A program made the position numbers and the translations under genes. Under the pieces are notes generated by a model. That model was given only the letters and a program-made list of their open reading frames with translations, had not been told where the DNA came from and did not search any database. DNA of 64,000 nt from Dehalococcoidia bacterium (GTDB lineage: Bacteria > Chloroflexota > Dehalococcoidia > Lucifugimonadales > UBA2962): contig OY760908.2 in the NCBI GenBank assembly GCA_963664125.2, positions 1,276,314 to 1,340,313 of the forward strand, in the 5' to 3' direction. Shown piece by piece: positions 34,090 to 44,569 of the stretch; positions within the stretch are counted from its first letter, which is position 1; every line of letters begins with the position of its first letter.

Positions 34090-36168
34090 TTAGGCGATGT
34101 ACTCGGAGAGGGTGCCGCGGTGGCCGTTGGACGCGTCCCAGGCGCCGGAGGCGCGCTCGGTCCGCCACCTGCGGAACCGGCCCAGGGCGGCCAGCGGCCA
34201 GTAGATGCGGTACATGTGGTAGTTGATCATGAAGCCCGCAGGCAACTCGTGACCCTGGAAGCCCGGCTCGCCCTGCCTGGGGAGCCGGTCCAGCCGCTGC
34301 CCGACCCCGTAGCCGGGGAACCCGGTGCCGGTGAAGTGCGGCTCGTCCCACGACCCGTCCTCGCGCTGCGTCCCTATCAGGTAGTCGACGCCGCGCGCCA
34401 CCGCGGGGTCGTCCCCGCGCTCGGCGGCCAGCAGCGTGATCAGCGCCCAGGCGGTCTGCGAGGCCGTGGACGGCCCGCTTCCCCGCAGGTCGGGGTCCAC
34501 GTAGGACGCCGGCGTCTCGCCCCAGCCCCCGTCGGGGTTCTGGCGGCTGATGACCCAGTCGGCGGCCCTTGCGATGGGCTCGGCGCCGGCCTCAATGCCG
34601 ATGGCCCTGAGAGCCGGCACGACCGAGCCCGTGCCGTACAGGTAGTTGACGCCCCAGCGCCCGAACCACGAGCCGTCGCTCTCCTGCTCGCGGAGCACGT
34701 AGTCCAGGCCGCGCCTGACGCTGCCGTTCCGCAGGCCGTAGCCCAGCGTTCCCATCAGCTCCAGGACGTGGGCGGTGACGTCCACGCTGGGCGGGTCCAC
34801 CGTCTCGCCGAAGTCCGAGAACGGGATGCGCGCTATGAAGGCGCGCGTGTTGTCCTTGTCGAACGAGGCCCAGCCACCGTTGCCGCTCTGCATGCCGTCG
34901 ATCCACTGCACGCACCGCGAGAGGGCCGTGGTCTTGGCCCGGGCGTCGGGCAGCTCGGCGCGGTGCAGGACCGTGGCGATCACCGCCGCGTCGTCGACGT
35001 CGGGGTAGTTGTCGTTGTCGAACTCGAACGCCCAGCCCCCGGTCGGCACGCCGCGGACCTTCACCTGCCAGTCGCCGCCGCTGGCGACCTGGTGGTCGAG
35101 CAGCCACTCCCCGGCGCGCACCACGGCGGAGTGGTCCCCTGGCATGCCCGAGTCCAGCAGCGCCATCATCGCCAGCCCCGTGTCCCAGATGGGCGAGACG
35201 CACGCCTGCACCCGGAGCGTGTCGCTCTCCTCGATCATGAAGCCCTCGAACCCGTCGATGGCCTTGCGCATGACCGGGTGGTCCAGCCCGTACCCGAGCG
35301 TCGCCAGGGCCATGATCGAGTAGACCCAGGGCGGCTGTATGCCGCCCCAGCTCCCGTCCGCCTCCTGGTGGTCGAGCACCCAGCGCTCGGCCCGGCGCAC
35401 CGCCATCCCCCTGAACGGGTTGACGGGGAAGCCCTCGATGACCCGCAGGGCCAGGTCGGCGGCGTAGAAGAACGCCTCCCACCCGATGGGCCTGGACGGG
35501 CGCTTTATCGAGTAGTCGGTGGCCTCCGGCCCCTCCGGGAACAGCTCGTCGATGGATGCCCGGGCCGGCAGTTCGCGCACCGGGCGGCGGTCCATGAGGA
35601 TGAGCATGGGGACGATGGTCGCGCGGGCCCAACTGGAGAACTCGTAGATGTTGACCGGGAGCCAGTTGGGCAGGAGCATGAGCTCCGCCGGCATCGCCGG
35701 GACGCCCTCCCACCGCCACTGCCCGAAGAGCGAGAGCCAGATCTTGGTGAAGACCCGCGTCTCCGGGACGCCGCCTCGGTCGAGGATGAACTCCCTGGCC
35801 TTCCTCATCAGCGACAGCTCGGGGGAGACCCCGGCGAGCTTGAGCGCGAAGTAGCACTCGACCGTCGTAGACAGGTCGCCTGGCGCCCCGTAGTACTGTC
35901 CCCAGGTGCCGTCCGATCGCTGCTGGCCGAGGATGTGGTTCGCGAGCTTCCTGCGCCTGTCCGGGTCGTCGATGCCCAGGAACTCGTTGAGGAGGAGGAA
36001 CTCGGCCTCCATGGTGGGGTTCGACTCCAGCTCCCCCCACCAGTAGCCCTCCTGGTACTGCTCGCTCAGCAGGTAGGCCTGCGTGAGCTCGATGGCGCGG
36101 TCGAGCCGCGCCCGCTCGGCCGCGGGGTCGGCCTGGGTGGTGGACGCCCTCAGGGCCGCCTCCGCCAT
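34090..36168 (-). CDS. shc: squalene-hopene cyclase
   Basis: 692 aa with the DXDD motif (YPDVDDAAVI) and multiple QW repeats (QNPDGGWG, QREDGSWD, QESDGSWFGRWG). Confidence 0.96.
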   Translation of the reverse strand: MAEAALRASTTQADPAAERARLDRAIELTQAYLLSEQYQEGYWWGELESNPTMEAEFLLLNEFLGIDDPDRRRKLANHILGQQRSDGTWGQYYGAPGDLSTTVECYFALKLAGVSPELSLMRKAREFILDRGGVPETRVFTKIWLSLFGQWRWEGVPAMPAELMLLPNWLPVNIYEFSSWARATIVPMLILMDRRPVRELPARASIDELFPEGPEATDYSIKRPSRPIGWEAFFYAADLALRVIEGFPVNPFRGMAVRRAERWVLDHQEADGSWGGIQPPWVYSIMALATLGYGLDHPVMRKAIDGFEGFMIEESDTLRVQACVSPIWDTGLAMMALLDSGMPGDHSAVVRAGEWLLDHQVASGGDWQVKVRGVPTGGWAFEFDNDNYPDVDDAAVIATVLHRAELPDARAKTTALSRCVQWIDGMQSGNGGWASFDKDNTRAFIARIPFSDFGETVDPPSVDVTAHVLELMGTLGYGLRNGSVRRGLDYVLREQESDGSWFGRWGVNYLYGTGSVVPALRAIGIEAGAEPIARAADWVISRQNPDGGWGETPASYVDPDLRGSGPSTASQTAWALITLLAAERGDDPAVARGVDYLIGTQREDGSWDEPHFTGTGFPGYGVGQRLDRLPRQGEPGFQGHELPAGFMINYHMYRIYWPLAALGRFRRWRTERASGAWDASNGHRGTLSEYIA

Positions 36169-36175
36169 AGCCGCC

Positions 36176-36964
36176 TCAGGCCGTCTCCAGCCGCCGGGCG
36201 CCGGTCTGCGCCCCGGCCGCGGCGAGGGTGGCCAGTGCCCGCCCGAGCCCGGAGCTCGCCCGCCTTGCGCACATCCAAAGCCGCAGCAGGCCGGGAAGCT
36301 CGCCGGGGCGGCCCACGAGGTGGGCCGCGGCCGCGCGCGCAGAGCGGATCTCGCCGCGCTCGGCGGCCATCACCGCGAAGGAGGGCAGGGGCTCTTCGGC
36401 AGGGTCCAGCACCGTGCGGACGACCATGTGCGGAAGGCCCCGCTCCGCCGCCGCCTCGCTGACCCAGTAGCTCTCCATGTCGATCACGTCGACGCCGAGG
36501 GCCTCCCCCAGCCACGCCTTGTGGCCCCTGTCGGCGCAGAGCCGGTCCACCGTCACGCACTCCCCCCAGTCCGCCCCGGCGCCCGCGGCGGCCCCGCCGA
36601 GCGCGGCCATTCCGTCCGCGTCGATCAGGGTGCGCGAGCGCGCCCCCCCGGCGCTCCAGGTCTCAGGGGGGCCCGACAGCGCCCAGATCCGGGTGCACAG
36701 CACGGTGTCCCCCGCGCTCGCGCCGGGCCTCGCCGCGCCGGCGAATCCCGCCGAGACGACCAGCTCCGGGCGGTATCGCTCGATCGCAAGGCGGCAGGCC
36801 GCGTCGGCCCTCTCGGCCCCCATGCCGCCCTCGGCCACCGCGACGCCGGGCATCCGCCCCGACTCGAAGAACCGGACGCCGCCGCGCTCGCCGGCCACGG
36901 CGAAGCCGCCGTCGGCGAGGAAGGTGCCGACCTCCCGCGCGATCGCGGCGACGACCGCTATCAC
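36176..36964 (-). CDS. hpnG: hopanoid-associated phosphorylase/nucleosidase (PNP_UDP_1 family), HpnG-like
   Basis: 262 aa from GTG 36964 (VIAVVAAIAREVG...) inside track ORF 36176..37867. It carries ...VSAGFAGAA...DMESYWV, the phosphorylase-family pattern. It sits between hpnH and shc. Confidence 0.78.
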   Translation of the reverse strand: MIAVVAAIAREVGTFLADGGFAVAGERGGVRFFESGRMPGVAVAEGGMGAERADAACRLAIERYRPELVVSAGFAGAARPGASAGDTVLCTRIWALSGPPETWSAGGARSRTLIDADGMAALGGAAAGAGADWGECVTVDRLCADRGHKAWLGEALGVDVIDMESYWVSEAAAERGLPHMVVRTVLDPAEEPLPSFAVMAAERGEIRSARAAAAHLVGRPGELPGLLRLWMCARRASSGLGRALATLAAAGAQTGARRLETA

Positions 36965-37989
36965 TAGCCGGCGCCCACGCCGCTCTTGCCGACGGCGCCG
37001 CCGACGACCATCTTGGCGGCGGCCGCCGGGTTGACGAACGCGTCGTAGATGGAGGCGGACTCGAATCCGCAGTGCATCAGGCAGTTCGCGCAGCGCGGGT
37101 CCTTGCCCACGCCGTAGCGCTCCCAGAGCTCGTCGGACATCAGGTCCTCGAAATTCTCGGTGTGGCGGTCGCCGAGCAGGTAGCACGGCTCGCGCCACCC
37201 GGACACCGTGTAGGTGGGGTTGGACCAGGCGGTGCACTGGTACTCCCTCTCCCCCCGCAGGAAGTCGAGGTAGAGCGGGTTGTTGTAGAAGCGTATCTCG
37301 TGCTTGGGGTCCAGGATGCGCGTGAACACGTCCCTGGCCTTCCTGCGGGATATGAACAGCTCCTGGTTGGGCACCGAGTCGAACTGGTAGCCGGGCGACA
37401 CCATGCACCCCTCGACGCCCATGTCGGTGAGCATCTTGAACATCTCGATCATGTCGTCCTCGTCGACGCCGTTGAAGATCGTGGTGTTGGTGGTCACCCG
37501 GTAGCCCTTCTCCAGGGCGGACTCCATGGCGCGGGTCGCTATGCGGAACACGCCCTTGCGGTAGACGGACCGGTCGTGCGCCTCCTCCATGCCGTCCATG
37601 TGCACGACGAAGCAGAAGTACTTGGAGGGGGGGATCGAGCGCATCACGCGCTCCATCAGCAACGCGTTGGTGCACATGTACACGAACCGCTTGGTGGCGA
37701 TGATGCGCTCGACGATCTCGTGGATCTGCGGGTGCATCGTCGGCTCGCCGCCCGCGATCGAGACTATGGGCGCCCCGGAGTCCTCGACGGCCTGCATGCA
37801 CTGGTCGACCGTCAGCATGCGGTCGATGACGGCCTCGTACTCCCGGATGCGCCCGCATCCCTCGCACGCGAGGTTGCAGGCCTCCAGGGGCTCCAGCATC
37901 GTGACCAGGGGGAACTTCCCGCGCCGGGTCGCCTTGTTCTTCATGACGTACCAGCCCAGGCGGACCGCCAACTCCATCGGTCTTGTCAT
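36964..37989 (-). CDS. hpnH: adenosyl-hopene transferase (radical SAM)
   Basis: 341 aa with the CxxxCxxC motif EACNLACEGCG. The overall pattern is as in HpnH, and the hopanoid gene context agrees. Confidence 0.9.
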   Translation of the reverse strand: MTRPMELAVRLGWYVMKNKATRRGKFPLVTMLEPLEACNLACEGCGRIREYEAVIDRMLTVDQCMQAVEDSGAPIVSIAGGEPTMHPQIHEIVERIIATKRFVYMCTNALLMERVMRSIPPSKYFCFVVHMDGMEEAHDRSVYRKGVFRIATRAMESALEKGYRVTTNTTIFNGVDEDDMIEMFKMLTDMGVEGCMVSPGYQFDSVPNQELFISRRKARDVFTRILDPKHEIRFYNNPLYLDFLRGEREYQCTAWSNPTYTVSGWREPCYLLGDRHTENFEDLMSDELWERYGVGKDPRCANCLMHCGFESASIYDAFVNPAAAAKMVVGGAVGKSGVGAG

Positions 37990-38081
37990 GCTTTCTGTTA
38001 CCCCCTCGTCTTTTGCCTTCGCGGCGGCCGGCCGTCCGGACCCGCGCCGATTCTAACGGATGGGCCCCGCCGGCCCCACCA

Positions 38082-39191
38082 CTAGTGCTCCCTGATCAGC
38101 AGGAAGTGTGCCAGCTCCTCCATCTGCCGCCTGGCGTCCGGCTCCATCTCCACCCCGGCGATCGCGCCGAGCGCGCGCTCGGCGTGAAGCTCGGTGAGGT
38201 CGTCGGCGCTGGCGCGCGTGCCCAGGCGCCGCATCACGTCGAGGACCGCCTCGACGTCGTCGTCGTCGGGCTCGTCCTTGCCGTAGACGCACTCGAGCGT
38301 CTCGGCGTCCGCCCCCTCGGCGTTCTCCATCGCGTGGACCACCGGGAACGAGTTCTTCTTGCGCCTGACGTCGGCGCCCACGGGCTTTCCCGTGCTCTCC
38401 GGGTCCCCCCAGACGCCGAGCACGTCGTCCTTGACCTGGAACACCAGCCCGAGCGAGCGCCCGCAGCGGCGGAACGCCTCGACCGTGTCCGGGTCGCGCG
38501 AGCCGACGTAGGCGCCCAGTTCGAGCGAGCAGCGGATGAGGGCGCCCGTCTTGCGGGCGATCATCCCCAGGTACTCGGACAGCGTGATGTCGCCGCGGCT
38601 CTCGTAGGACAGGTCCAGGTACTGGCCCTCGATCATCTCCAGGTAGGCCGCGGTCAGCGTGTCGCTGAGCTCGACCACGTCGTCCGCGGTCAGGCCGCGG
38701 CCGGTCCCGTCCCAGAGCGTCATGTCCGCCAGCGTCCTGAGCACGTTGCCGGCGACTATGGCCCTCGGCACGCCCCAGATGGTCCAGATGGTCGGGCGGT
38801 GGTGCCGGGTCTCGTCGCCGTCCTGTATGTCGTCGTGTATGAGCGAGAAGTTGTGGATGTACTCGAGTGCGACCGCGGCGGGCAGGGCGGCCGCGGGGTC
38901 TCCGCCGGTCGCCTCGCACGACAGCATGCACAGGGTGGGGCGCATGGCCTTCCCGGTGGCGGCCTCGATGGGCCGGCCCGAGGAGTCCGCCCGGCCCATG
39001 CCGTAGCGCAGCACCCCGTAGACGTCCACCTCGCCGGGGTCCGACGCGGCGGCGGCGCCGCGCTCGAGGCCGGCGCCGATGGCCTCGGCCAGGTCGCGGC
39101 GGTAGCGGCGGAGCACCGGCGGCAGGCCCCGCTCGGCGGCCGTGCCGGCCTGCGGCGTTGCCACCTTGGTGATGTCGGGTAGGGTTGCCAC
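38082..39191 (-). CDS. polyprenyl synthetase family protein (start uncertain: GTG 39191 or 39164)
   Basis: C-terminal part of track ORF 38082..39914. The first Asp-rich motif is LIHDDIQDGD and the second is FQVKDDVLGVWGD. Confidence 0.88.
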   Translation of the reverse strand: MATLPDITKVATPQAGTAAERGLPPVLRRYRRDLAEAIGAGLERGAAAASDPGEVDVYGVLRYGMGRADSSGRPIEAATGKAMRPTLCMLSCEATGGDPAAALPAAVALEYIHNFSLIHDDIQDGDETRHHRPTIWTIWGVPRAIVAGNVLRTLADMTLWDGTGRGLTADDVVELSDTLTAAYLEMIEGQYLDLSYESRGDITLSEYLGMIARKTGALIRCSLELGAYVGSRDPDTVEAFRRCGRSLGLVFQVKDDVLGVWGDPESTGKPVGADVRRKKNSFPVVHAMENAEGADAETLECVYGKDEPDDDDVEAVLDVMRRLGTRASADDLTELHAERALGAIAGVEMEPDARRQMEELAHFLLIREH

Positions 39192-39358
39192 CGTTGGGAA
39201 GGTCAGGTTGGACGGGGAGGCGCGGGGGAACGGGCCGCCCTCCCACGGGCTCTCCGGGGACGCGCGGCCACTACATCGTATTACGATGGCGGATGGTACC
39301 ACCGGCCGTAAAAAGGTGTCAATACAGGCGCTGGCGGGCTGTTTGTGTTTTTTTTCAC

Positions 39359-39388
39359 TTGAAAGCATTTTCGGCGCTATGCTATATT
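39359..39388 (+). promoter_or_regulatory. candidate nuo promoter TTGAAA-N18-TATATT
   Basis: Read from an AT-rich divergent intergenic region, 41 nt upstream of the nuoA ATG. A T8 run lies just upstream. Confidence 0.45.
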
Positions 39389-39428
39389 CGCCGCGCTCGT
39401 GCGGCGCGTGCCTGCGGCCCAAACGGCC

Positions 39429-39824
39429 ATGCTCGACGACTACTTTCGCCAGTACGGAATAATCGCCATCATCGCGGCGCTGGCGGTCGCCGTACCCACC
39501 GGCATGCTGCTGGGTTCGTGGGCCCTGTCCGTCGTGGGCATAAGGCCGCGCAAGCCCAGCGCCGTCAAGAGCTCCATATACGAGTGCGGCTTCGCTACTC
39601 TCGGGGGGCGGTGGAGCGGGTTCAACATCCGCTTCTACACCTTCGCCCTGATCTTCGTGATCTTCGACGTCGAGGTCGTATTCCTGTTCCCGTGGGCCGC
39701 GAGCTTCGGGCTGCTGTCCGCCAAGTTCGGCGCCTTCGTGCTGATCGAGATGGCGGTCTTCATCGCCATACTCGTCGTCGGGTGGCTCTACGCGTTCCGA
39801 AGGGGCGACCTTGAGTGGACCTAG
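39429..39824 (+). CDS. nuoA: NADH-quinone oxidoreductase subunit A
   Basis: 131 aa from ATG 39429: ...YECGF...[22 protein letters not shown]. Confidence 0.9.
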   Translation: MLDDYFRQYGIIAIIAALAVAVPTGMLLGSWALSVVGIRPRKPSAVKSSIYECGFATLGGRWSGFNIRFYTFALIFVIFDVEVVFLFPWAASFGLLSAKFGAFVLIEMAVFIAILVVGWLYAFRRGDLEWT

Positions 39825-40476
39825 CCGGGGCGTTCCCGAGGGCCTGGGCCACGAGGCCGGCCGGATCGACCTCGACGGGGGACGCATCCCCCTGCACGCC
39901 GCCACCGGGGCCATAGACGCCGAGGAGGGCGCCTACATAAACCGCCTCAAGGCGACCAACGTGAGCCCGATCTCGGACCCGGTGATCGAGGTCCCGGACG
40001 ACCTGAGGCGCAACCTGGCGGTGACATCGCTGGACGCCCTGTTCAACTGGGGCAGGAAGTCGGCGGTCTGGCCGCTGTCGTTCGGCCTTGCGTGCTGCGC
40101 CTTCGAGATGATGGCCAGCGCCATGTCGCGCTTCGACATCGCCCGCTTCGGCATGGAGGCCTTCAGGGCCTCGCCGAGACAGGCGGACCTGATGATCGTC
40201 GCCGGCACGGTCACGTGGAAGATGGCGCCGGCGATAGAGCGCGTCTACGAGCAGATGGCCGAGCCCAAGTGGGTCATATCCATGGGCGTCTGCGCCACCA
40301 GCGGCGGCCCCTACTACGAGTCGTACAGCGTCGTGCCCGGCGTGAACCACATCGTCCCGGTCGACGTCTACGTGCCCGGCTGCCCGCCGCGCCCGGACGC
40401 GCTGCTCTACGGGGTTATGCAGCTCCACGACAAGATAAGGCGCTACTCCCTGGCGGGCCAGGCCGCCGGCCGCTGA
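39811..40476 (+). CDS. nuoB: NADH-quinone oxidoreductase subunit B (long N-terminal extension)
   Basis: 221 aa with the N2 cluster ligand contexts [17 protein letters not shown] and VPGCPPRP. Confidence 0.92.
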   Translation: MSGPSRGVPEGLGHEAGRIDLDGGRIPLHAATGAIDAEEGAYINRLKATNVSPISDPVIEVPDDLRRNLAVTSLDALFNWGRKSAVWPLSFGLACCAFEMMASAMSRFDIARFGMEAFRASPRQADLMIVAGTVTWKMAPAIERVYEQMAEPKWVISMGVCATSGGPYYESYSVVPGVNHIVPVDVYVPGCPPRPDALLYGVMQLHDKIRRYSLAGQAAGR

Positions 40477-40919
40477 TGTCCCATCCCCTCTCCGGGCGCT
40501 GGGTGGCCGCCAAGATCGCCGAGCGGATGGAGGGAGCGGTGGCCTGCGCGGGGGAGGGCGACGTGCGGGTCGCGCCGGCCGATCTCGTCCCCGTGTGCCG
40601 GCTGCTCAGGGACGACCCGGAGATCGACCTGCAGATGCTCAACTCGATCTCGGCCGTGGACTACGTCGAGTACTTCGAGCTGGTCTACCACCTGCGGTCC
40701 CTTCGCCTGAACTCGACCTTCGTGCTGCGCGCGCGCTGCCACGACCGGACCGAGCCCTCCGTCCCCTCGCTCACCGGCGTGTGGCCCGGGGCCGAGCTCC
40801 AGGAGCGCGAGGCGTGGGACCTTATGGGCATACGCTTCGACGGCCATCCGAACCTCAAGCGGATCCTGCTGTGGGAGGGCTTCCCCGGCCACCCGCTGCG
40901 CAAGGACTTCATACGCTGA
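40476..40919 (+). CDS. nuoC: NADH-quinone oxidoreductase subunit C
   Basis: 147 aa from the ATG overlapping the nuoB stop: ...WPGAELQEREAWDLMGIRFDGHPNLKRILL. Confidence 0.9.
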   Translation: MSHPLSGRWVAAKIAERMEGAVACAGEGDVRVAPADLVPVCRLLRDDPEIDLQMLNSISAVDYVEYFELVYHLRSLRLNSTFVLRARCHDRTEPSVPSLTGVWPGAELQEREAWDLMGIRFDGHPNLKRILLWEGFPGHPLRKDFIR

Positions 40920-40962
40920 ACCGCCCTCAGGCCCCGCACCGCGGGCGGTCCCACCCCGACGC

Positions 40963-42066
40963 ATGCCGATAAAGACCGAGCCGGTAACGATCAACCTCGG
41001 GCCCCAGCACCCGTCCACGCACGGCGTGTTCAGGCTCAGGGTCACCTTCGACGGCGAGGTGGTGCTCGACGTGGAGCCGGTGATCGGCTACCTGCACCGC
41101 GGGACCGAGAAGCTGGCCGAGGAGCGCAACTACGTCCAGGTGGTCACCCTGACCGACCGCCTCGACTACGTCTCGGCGATGACCAACAACCTCGCCTACG
41201 TCCGCGCCGTCGAGCGCCTGGCCGGGATCGACGTGCCCGAGCGGGCAATGTACCTGCGGGTGATCTCCGCCGAGCTCCAGCGCATAGCTAGCCACCTCAT
41301 AGCCACCGGGTTCCTGCTCGACGAGCTGGGCGCCTTCCACACCCCGCTGATCTACTGCTTCAGGGAGCGCGAGCGCATCCTGGAGATGTTCGAGATGCTA
41401 TGCGGGGCGCGCATCACCGTCAGCTACATGAGGCCGGGCGGGGTGCTCCAGGACGCCCCGAAGGACTTCTGGCCGCGGCTCGACGAGTTCATCGCCACCA
41501 TGCCCGGCTACATCGATGAGCTCGAGGGCCTGATCACCGCTAACGAGATCGTCCTGACCAGGACGCGGGACGTCGGGATCATCGAGGCCGAGCGGGCCAT
41601 CGCCGGATCCCTGACCGGCCCGACGCTGCGGGCCAGCGGCGTCGAGTGGGACCTGCGCAAGGCCGAGCCCCACGAGGTGTACGACCGCGTGGAGTTCGAC
41701 GTGCCGATCGGGTCGGTGGGGGACACCTACGACCGCTACCTGGTGCGCGTGCTGGAGATGCGCGAGAGCGTGTCGATCATCAGGCAGTGCGTCGAGCAGA
41801 TCGCCCCGGGCCCGGTCCGCTCCGACACGCCCTTCGTGATCCGCCCGCCCGCCGGCGAGGCCTACGACTGCACCGAGTCGCCCAAGGGCGAACTGGGCTT
41901 CTACATCGTCAGCGACGGCGGCATCTCCCCGTACCGGATGCACATCCGCGCCCCATCCTTCATCAACCTGACGCTCCTTCGCGAGATGCTGGTGGGCTGG
42001 AAGATGGCTGACCTGATAGTGATATTCGGCAGCATAGACGTCGTGCTGGGCGAGGTGGACCGCTAG
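40963..42066 (+). CDS. nuoD: NADH-quinone oxidoreductase subunit D
   Basis: 367 aa: INLGPQHPSTHGVFRL...GYLHRGTEKL...RAPSFINL. Confidence 0.95.
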   Translation: MPIKTEPVTINLGPQHPSTHGVFRLRVTFDGEVVLDVEPVIGYLHRGTEKLAEERNYVQVVTLTDRLDYVSAMTNNLAYVRAVERLAGIDVPERAMYLRVISAELQRIASHLIATGFLLDELGAFHTPLIYCFRERERILEMFEMLCGARITVSYMRPGGVLQDAPKDFWPRLDEFIATMPGYIDELEGLITANEIVLTRTRDVGIIEAERAIAGSLTGPTLRASGVEWDLRKAEPHEVYDRVEFDVPIGSVGDTYDRYLVRVLEMRESVSIIRQCVEQIAPGPVRSDTPFVIRPPAGEAYDCTESPKGELGFYIVSDGGISPYRMHIRAPSFINLTLLREMLVGWKMADLIVIFGSIDVVLGEVDR

Positions 42067-43307
42067 TGGAGGCGTCCGTCAGCCGCGCCGGCTTCGACTT
42101 CGCGGGCATCTACGGCTTCTTCGACGGGCTGATGCCGGAGGGCCTGGACTGGCTGGCCTTCGTGGTCACCGCCGTGATCCTCGCCGCCGTCGTGCTCAAC
42201 GCCCTGATCCTGTCGACGGCCCTGTACACGTGGTTCGAGCGCCGCGTCCTGGGCCGCTTCCAGTCGCGCCTGGGCCCCAACCGCTGGGGGCCGTTCGGCC
42301 TGGCCCAGCCGATCGCGGACCTGGTCAAGCTCATATCCAAGGAGGACACCGTCCCGGAGGGTGCCGACCGGCCGGTCTTCAACCTCGCCCCGGTCGTGTT
42401 CCTGGCCCCGGCGCTGATCGTCTTCGCCGTGCTGCCGCTCCACGAGAGCAGCTTCGTGGGCAGGCTGAACGTCGGGCTGGTCTTCATCGTCGCCATCACC
42501 TCCGTCAACACCCTGGGGGTGTTCATGGCCGGCTGGGCGTCGCGCAACAAGTACGCCATGTTCGGCGCCATGCGCGGCGTGGCGATGCTGGTCAGCTACG
42601 AGGTGCCGATGGGCCTGTCCATAGTGGCCGTGGCCATCGCGGCCGGGACGCTCTCGCTGTCCGGCGTGGTGGTGGCCCAGGACGTTCCGCTCGCGCTGGT
42701 GATGCCGCTGGGCTTCTTCGTCTTCATCGCGGCGGCGTCGGCGGAGATGAGCCGCACCCCCTTCGACATGATCGAGTCGGACTCCGAGCTCGGCGCCGGG
42801 TACAACACCGAGTACAGCGGGATCAAGTTCGCGCTGCTCCAGCTCAACGAGTTCATGGCCCCCATAATCGTCTCGGCGATCGTTGCCACGCTGTTCCTGA
42901 GCGGATGGCGCGGTTGGGGGCCCGTTCCGGGTACCATCTGGTTCGTGATCAAGACATTCATCGTCGTGTGCGCCTTCCTCTGGGTGCGCGCGACGTGGCC
43001 GCGCCTGCGGGTCGACCAGATCATGGGCCTGGCCTGGAAGGTCCTCTTCCCGCTCGCCATAGTCAACATCTTCGCCGTCGCGGTGGAGGTGCAGCTCCTG
43101 CGCGACGGCGACACCGGGGCGATCACGGCGGGCGACCTGTGGGTGATGACGGCCGTGAACTGGGGCGGCATGCTGGCCCTCGGGGCGGCGGCGGCGGTCG
43201 TGCTCTCGAGACGGGCCGCGGGCCGAGCCAGGCCGGAGCCCTCGGGGCTCGCGAACATGTACTCGGGCCGCCCGCCGGCGGGTTCGACCCTGGGGGAGGC
43301 CGACTGA
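42066..43307 (+). CDS. nuoH: NADH-quinone oxidoreductase subunit H
   Basis: 413 aa: ...ERRVLGRFQSRLGPNRWGPFGLAQPIADLVKL... Its GTG shares 1 nt with the nuoD stop, so no nuoE, nuoF or nuoG can lie between them. Confidence 0.94.
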   Translation: MEASVSRAGFDFAGIYGFFDGLMPEGLDWLAFVVTAVILAAVVLNALILSTALYTWFERRVLGRFQSRLGPNRWGPFGLAQPIADLVKLISKEDTVPEGADRPVFNLAPVVFLAPALIVFAVLPLHESSFVGRLNVGLVFIVAITSVNTLGVFMAGWASRNKYAMFGAMRGVAMLVSYEVPMGLSIVAVAIAAGTLSLSGVVVAQDVPLALVMPLGFFVFIAAASAEMSRTPFDMIESDSELGAGYNTEYSGIKFALLQLNEFMAPIIVSAIVATLFLSGWRGWGPVPGTIWFVIKTFIVVCAFLWVRATWPRLRVDQIMGLAWKVLFPLAIVNIFAVAVEVQLLRDGDTGAITAGDLWVMTAVNWGGMLALGAAAAVVLSRRAAGRARPEPSGLANMYSGRPPAGSTLGEAD

Positions 43308-43308
43308 G

Positions 43309-43980
43309 ATGTACGGACTCGGAATGGCCAAGGGCCTGATCGTCACCGCCAAGAACCTGGTCCTGCCCAGCCGCCTGACCTCGGTCCAGTACCCGGACCG
43401 CAGGGTGGGCCTGCTGGGTCTGGCCAAGGAGACGGGCACCAACCCCTTAGCGCTGCTTATAAAGAGCCCGGGCGAGGCGGTCCGGGCGCTTGCGGGCCTG
43501 GCCACCGTGCCCGACCGCCTGCCCCAGCACCCGCGCTTTCGGGGAGAGGAGTTCACCTGGTACGAGCAGCGCTGCACCGGCTGCGCGAGCTGCGCCAAGT
43601 TCTGCCCGCTGGGCATCATCGAGATCGTGACCAGCGAGTCCGGAGAGCAGCTCCAGGAGGGCCAGAAGTACCACCTGGACGTGTTCGACATCGACATCGG
43701 CAGGTGCATGTTCTGCGGCCTGTGCGTCGAGGCCTGCCCCTACGACGCCCTGCACATGGGGAGCGGCTTCGAGGAGGGCCAGGTGCGCCGTACGGACCTG
43801 GTGATCGGCAAGGAGCGGCTGGTGGAGGCGCCCAAGCGCCCCAGCACCTGGTTCCGCCCACAGCACGCCTCCGCCCGGTACGACCCGCACTCGGCGCCGG
43901 AGGAGGTCGGATGGGCCAGCGCCGGGCGGCACGAGCAGCCCAGCCTGGCCGACCAGAGGGAAAGGTGGGCCAAGCGTTGA
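43309..43980 (+). CDS. nuoI: NADH-quinone oxidoreductase subunit I (with C-terminal extension)
   Basis: 223 aa with two 4Fe-4S motifs, CTGCASCAKFCP and CMFCGLCVEACP. Confidence 0.92.
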   Translation: MYGLGMAKGLIVTAKNLVLPSRLTSVQYPDRRVGLLGLAKETGTNPLALLIKSPGEAVRALAGLATVPDRLPQHPRFRGEEFTWYEQRCTGCASCAKFCPLGIIEIVTSESGEQLQEGQKYHLDVFDIDIGRCMFCGLCVEACPYDALHMGSGFEEGQVRRTDLVIGKERLVEAPKRPSTWFRPQHASARYDPHSAPEEVGWASAGRHEQPSLADQRERWAKR

Positions 43981-44011
43981 CGGCGCCCGGGGCGCCGGCG
44001 GGGGCCGTGTA

Positions 44012-44569
44012 GTGCTGGGGACCGGCACCGAGGCATCCCTCTTCGTAGACATCGTCTTCTGGGCGATCGCCGGCTGCAGCATCGTCGCGGCCCTGGCCGT
44101 GGTGGCGCTCAGGGACGTGTTCAGGGCCGCGCTGTTCCTCGTGGTCGCCCTGCTGGGCACCGCCGGGATGTTCATCCTCATGCGGGCCGAGTTCCTGGCG
44201 GTCGTCCAGGTGCTCATCTACGTCGGCGCCATATCGGTGCTGATCATCTTCGCCGTGGTCACCACCCGGGACGTCGAGCAGGGGAGCCCCTTCAATTCCC
44301 TGAAGGCGCCGGTGTTCATCGTCGCGGGCCTGCTGCTGGCGGCCGTGGTGTTCGTCATATTCGGCGCCGACTGGAACGTGACCGACGCCGCGGTCGCGGC
44401 CGGGCAGGTGCCGGCGCCGGTGGCGGAGGAGATCGCAAGGGTCTACGACAACACCGTCCCCGGCATCGCCGGCCTTCTTATCAGCGACTACGTCCTGGCG
44501 TTCGAGGTGGCCTCCGTCGTGCTGCTGGCGGCCGTGGTCGGCGCCCTTGCCCTCCTGAGGCGGCGCTAG
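44012..44569 (+). CDS. nuoJ: NADH-quinone oxidoreductase subunit J
   Basis: 185 aa, hydrophobic: ...AEFLAVVQVLIYVGAISVLIIFAV. Confidence 0.88.
   Translation: MLGTGTEASLFVDIVFWAIAGCSIVAALAVVALRDVFRAALFLVVALLGTAGMFILMRAEFLAVVQVLIYVGAISVLIIFAVVTTRDVEQGSPFNSLKAPVFIVAGLLLAAVVFVIFGADWNVTDAAVAAGQVPAPVAEEIARVYDNTVPGIAGLLISDYVLAFEVASVVLLAAVVGALALLRRR

Noticed and set aside
33952-36462. 836-aa plus-strand ORF opposite shc, and similar giants opposite nuoL, nuoM, nuoN and nuoH (44920..47349, 47828..50074, 42063..43709, all minus strand).
   Set aside because: They lie antisense to strongly conserved genes, have no recognisable motifs, and show low-complexity Arg/Pro/Gly/Asp/His composition. They are high-GC shadow ORFs.
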